Positions 1 through 64,000 of a stretch of 64,000 nt of DNA are shown piece after piece. The notes below the pieces were generated by a model, which was given only the letters and a program-made list of their open reading frames with translations, did not search any database and had not been told where the DNA came from. The position numbers were made by a program, and so were the translations under genes. How positions within the stretch are numbered: position 1 is the stretch's first letter; each line of letters opens with the position of its first letter. This DNA comes from the human T2T-CHM13v2.0 reference genome, Homo sapiens. The DNA is taken from NCBI RefSeq assembly GCF_009914755.1, contig NC_060935.1; one strand, written 5' to 3'.

Positions 1-162
<162 letters not shown>

Positions 163-849
163 CTAACATTTGTAGCAAAGTTACCAACTTCACCGTACTT
201 TGCCAGCATTGGGAATTTCAATTACTTAAAATATTTAAGCTAATTTACAAGTTAATGAGATGGTTAAAAGTTTTAATTATATTTCTCTGAACCTTTTAAT
301 AAGTGTTTACCACCTCTATTTTCTGTTTTCTGAACTTTGTGTCTTTTTCTTTTCTTTCTTTTTTTTTTTTTTTAAGAGACAGTCTCAAACTCCTGGGCTC
401 AAGTGATTCTCCTGCCTCAGCCTCCCAAATTGCTGGGATTACAGACTTGAGCCACTGCACCCAGCCTTCTCCATGTCTTTAGGGACAAACTTCTAGGATG
501 AAATTTAGGATGAATTAAGTCATTAGCTTGACACCATGATGTACAAATCCCTGAATTTCAGTTTCATTGTTAAAATGCCATTGTTTCAAGATGCTCAGTT
601 GGCTATGGAAAGATAGGTCATCTATCCCAGCTACTCAGGGGGATCTTTTGAGCCCAAGAGGTCAAGGCTACAGTGAGCTGCGATCACAGCACTGCACTCT
701 AGCCCGGGCAACAAAGTGAGACTGTCTCCAAAAATAAAATATAAAATTTATATGGAAAGAAAAACCCAGAATAGCCAACGCCATATTGAAGAGTAAAGTC
801 AGGGGACTGGCACTACCTGACTTCAAGACTTATAAAGCTACAGTAGTTA

Positions 850-2430
<1,581 letters not shown>

Positions 2431-2499
2431 AACTGTGGTATTGGCAAAAGAATAGGTAAATAGTGTTTTTTTGCTCAATTTTGAGTATTTTTAAATACT

Positions 2500-5045
<2,546 letters not shown>

Positions 5046-5328
5046 AGCCCCAGTACATAGTTTTGCTATGTGTTCGTAATGTCATCTGATTGAAAATTTT
5101 CTATCTACTTCATCTTTAACAGTTGAAGACCTATGTGAAGAGGTAACTTGATACTGATAATGATCTCTTTCTTCCTCCTTATCCCCACATGATCTCAGCA
5201 AAAATGTAAACTCATGTTTAAATGGACATGGTGGTTTGTTTAGTGGTTATTTGAGGACTTGTAGATGGTAAACATTTTAAGTCTCTCATTTTGTAATGGT
5301 AGTTTGGCTCTCTTAAAAGTTCAGATTT

Positions 5329-9998
<4,670 letters not shown>

Positions 9999-10423
9999 GG
10001 TACATGCCTGAGAGTCATTCTTGAATTTTTCAGCCTTCAGCTCTAAATTAGTTCATGTACTAGACTTGTGTTTATTACATAATGAGTTGATTTATTAAAA
10101 AATACAAGAATATCAGAACTATCAGTTCTGAAGCTATCTGGCATTAAACATGACCTTGTGGAAATTAACAGAAAATAAAAATTGATTTAGCAAATGTAAA
10201 AAATTGAAAAGATGAGGTTAAATGTCCTAATCCCATAAAGTAATTCTAAATGTTCAAGCAATTTGCTGATGCATAGCCATTTCCAGTCATATTTTAAATC
10301 TTGTAGATAATCTTTTCATCAGGGAAAAGCCTTCTTGGCTCACCAGTTTAATAAACAAATCCAGAAATCCTGGTTCTTATCCAAACTGCTTGTTTGACTT
10401 TGTTGCCATTTCTTCTCACACAG

Positions 10424-60718
<50,295 letters not shown>

Positions 60719-60914
60719 GTAAGGTTTTAGCTTTTCAAGTGAGCCCTGGACTGCAGCAGAGGAAGTAAAAAACGTGAGTTCAAACTTTCAAACTATTCCA
60801 CTGTACCTTCTACTACAGCGGCGTCCTTCTGCAATTTAGTGGGCTGTTGCTGCCACTGTGGGTCTTCAAGGCAGCAGCAGGTCTTCCCTCCCCAAGATGT
60901 TAGGACAGGACTAG

Positions 60915-61209
<295 letters not shown>

Positions 61210-61404
61210 TAGCCAGGATGGTCTCGATCTCCTGACCTTGTGATCCGCCTGCCTTGGCCTCCCAAAGTGCTGGGATTACAGGCGTGAGCCACCGCGCCCG
61301 GCCTGGCACCATGTCACTCTTAATGTGTGTTATGGGAAAGTGTCAGTGCGTGGGTTGTGATTGCAATTATACTGAAGTCTTTTCTCCATACATGTCTCCT
61401 GCAG

Positions 61405-61559
61405 TGCTTAAACAGCCTTCCCAGCCCACAGCAGCAGGGGTACAGCAGCTCTCACATTCAGTCACTAGCAGAGATGCCAGGTACTATTCTGAGCTTTTAA
61501 AATGTACTAATGCTCTTAGTTCTCAAAACTATCCTAGGAGCTATAGGTACTGTTATTAA
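61405..61559 (+). CDS. Candidate alternative TOP6BL exon (76-nt cassette to 61480, or terminal exon reading to the stop at 61557-61559)
   Basis: Acceptor tttttctccatacatgtctcctgcag| is in frame with the preceding exon (VLKQPSQPTAAGVQQLSHSVTSRDAR). Donor CAG|gtacta at 61481; AATAAA at 61601-61606. Confidence 0.45.
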
Positions 61560-63612
61560 CTCTCATTTTGCATATGAGGAAATTGAGGCCCACAGATATC
61601 AATAAACTTACCCAAGGCTACACAGCCAGTAAATGACAGAGCAAGAATTCAAACCCAGGCAGCCTAGCTCTGCTGTCTCTGGAAGAGCCGAATTAGCAGG
61701 GATGCCCTCCTACAGATCCTGAGTCCTTCAGATAAAACAGTATCTGGGTCAAGGGAAGCTGGGGATCGTGACGTCAGCACCTATGCTTGGTTGGTAAATC
61801 CCTCTTTCTAGGGTCACAACCACAACACATACGCGTTTATGCTTAGGCCTAAGATGTGTCCCTGAAATCACTGTCAACTGAACCATGTTTTAAATGTTGT
61901 GGGGGCTGTTGCTACTGAAAAGAACCCTGCTGTGAACGCTTGTACAAAGCAAAGAATCTATTTTTATAAATTTAGATCTGGAGATTTTAAAAAATGCAAA
62001 TATGATACATACAATTCAGTATTTATGCAGTCAGAAGAGACAAAGGAATAAGTATCTTCCCATACAAGGAAAAAAATTAACATTTAATTCAGTACCTTCT
62101 GTGGACCCTGGGGAGATGCTGGGGTCTTCCACAGCCTTATCTCATTTAGTCTTTACAGTGCCCTTCTGGGGGCAGGGGGAGGCATGGATCCTAACAAACT
62201 AGAGGACCCAGGCTCAGGTGAGGCAGAACGCTTAGCAGGAGGTAATGACTTTCAGTTTGCCGCCTCCAAAGCCCATGTTTTCTCCAGTGTGCAACATGAG
62301 CTTTAAAATCTAGGTGTTTATAATCTGGTGGAACCCCTGGAGGATGGCTTGGGCTGTTCTGTCCTACAGACCTGTGGCTCTCAGCATCCATTCTACGCCT
62401 CACATGGGCAGCCCTGCTGAAGAAAATCACCAAACTGTGTGTTGATGCCACCATCCATTGGTGGTCCACTCACTCAGGAGCCTTTGGTTTGTCAGTCCTT
62501 CCCCCTGCCTTTCTGGCCTTTGTCCCTCAGTGGCTACTCCATTCTTTAAAAAATCTACCCAGTCTCTGCCTCCTGCTTCATACTTACGGATCTCTTTTCT
62601 CAGTAAACTCACCCAACTTGCACCCTCCCACTGCAGAACCTCATCAGTGTGGGGACCCATTTCCTCCAGGCTCACAGTGGGATCGTCCCTTCTGCTTTCT
62701 TGGGACCTGCTTGCATCAGTTATCACTGCTGCACCTTCAGCCTTCCCCTGAGTTCCTTTCCCTCAGCAGGTCAAGCTCTCATTTCATCAGAAGAAAATCT
62801 CCCGTGACCTTGAACTTCCTCCACTTATCCTCAACCTCTCTCCCTCACATCTCAGCCAAGGATCTCAAAACCACAAGCTGCATGCACCCTGTCTCCCTTT
62901 CTTCCTCTCATTCTCTCCCTCACTTAGGGTACTTGCTTTTTCTGTGGCCTCTGAAACTTCTCTCCTCAGGGAAGGCCTCTTAATTACCAAATTTTGCATT
63001 TACCTTCATTGTATCTGAACTATGTGCAAAATTTGGCACTGTAAGGCTATGACTCGCCTGGTTTTTCCCTCCCTGGGCTTTTCTCTTCATCTACTTTCCT
63101 CTGGTCATGCCTAAATAGTGCTCATCCTGCTCTCCCACCCAGCTATCTTCCATCCCAACTGTTGACCACTGCCTCTGGGCTCAAGACTCTCAAATTGGTA
63201 TGACCAGCCAAGGCCTCTGCTGAGTGCCAGCTGGGAGATTCATTTGCTCACTAGGCAGCTCCTCGTGGAGGTCCCATTGGTACCTCAGTTTCCTCTCTCC
63301 TGACTAAAGAGACTTTTAGTCTCTTTCATGATTAATCCAATTTATCACATCTGAAATCTTGGATTCATTCAAGAGGCCTCTCATTTTTTTTTTTTTTTTT
63401 TTTTTTTTGAGACAGAGTCTCCCTCTGTTGCCCAGACTGGAGTGCAGTGGCGTGATCTCGGCTCACTGCAACCTCCCTGCCTCCCAAGTTCAAGTGATTC
63501 TCTTGCCTCAGCCTCTGAGTAGTTGGGATTACAGGCGCCCACCACCATGCCCAGCTAATTTTTGTATTTTTAGTAGAGACGGGGTTTCACCATGTTGGCC
63601 AAGCTGGTCTCA

Positions 63613-63732
<120 letters not shown>

Positions 63733-64000
63733 TTAGGCCTGATGAACACTTCTGATTCCTGGTGACGCCTCTATCTCCACTGTCTTTACTTGTCATTGGG
63801 CTCTTAAGGTCTTCCTGTCTCTAGTTTGATCTAAGCCACACCTTTGAAAGAACGATCTTTCTGAAGTACAAAATTACCAATATATTTCACCAGTGCTTAA
63901 AACTCTTTATTGGCTTCCTGTCTTCTACAGATGAAAATCTGTTTCTAGCCAGGCAAGGTGGTGTGTGCCTTTAGTCCCAGTTACTCGAGAGGATGAGGCC

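Noticed and set aside
62427-62983. Overlapping 92-164 aa ORFs in non-Alu sequence
   Set aside because: Low-complexity S/L/P-rich translations of pyrimidine-rich intron (possibly an old L2), with no splice or family support

Overview
Primate, most likely human, genomic DNA lying wholly inside one + strand protein-coding gene. I recognise it from recall of the protein as TOP6BL (C11orf80, TOPOVIBL), the Topo VI B-like partner of SPO11 in meiotic double-strand break formation. Eleven internal coding exons (10424-60718, 1224 nt) splice into one open frame from (E)IQSILPGISAKLTW to ...DNSSLELLA, including the Topo VIB transducer motif DWKKYHL. The first and last exons lie outside the window. Keeping the frame open needs three intron classes: ordinary GT-AG, one GC-AG intron (10534-18544) and one U12-type AT-AC minor-spliceosome intron (26455-36141). 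There are also two NAGNAG acceptors and a candidate alternative exon at 61405. The rest is repeat-rich intron: roughly 70-80 Alu copies or fragments, L1PA and old L1M pieces, MaLR and MER4-group LTRs, MER5/MER20 DNA transposons and MIRs. Nearly all entries in the ORF track are Alu or L1 translation artefacts. Less expected features: short insertions inside Alus that copy unique sequence about 1.7-1.8 kb away, an ~330 bp duplication of an intron 3' end that lacks its exon, and deep transposon nesting. I see no evidence for a new gene system. The best leads are splicing regulation of TOP6BL and the templated-insertion scars. Repeat boundaries and subfamily calls were made by eye and are approximate.
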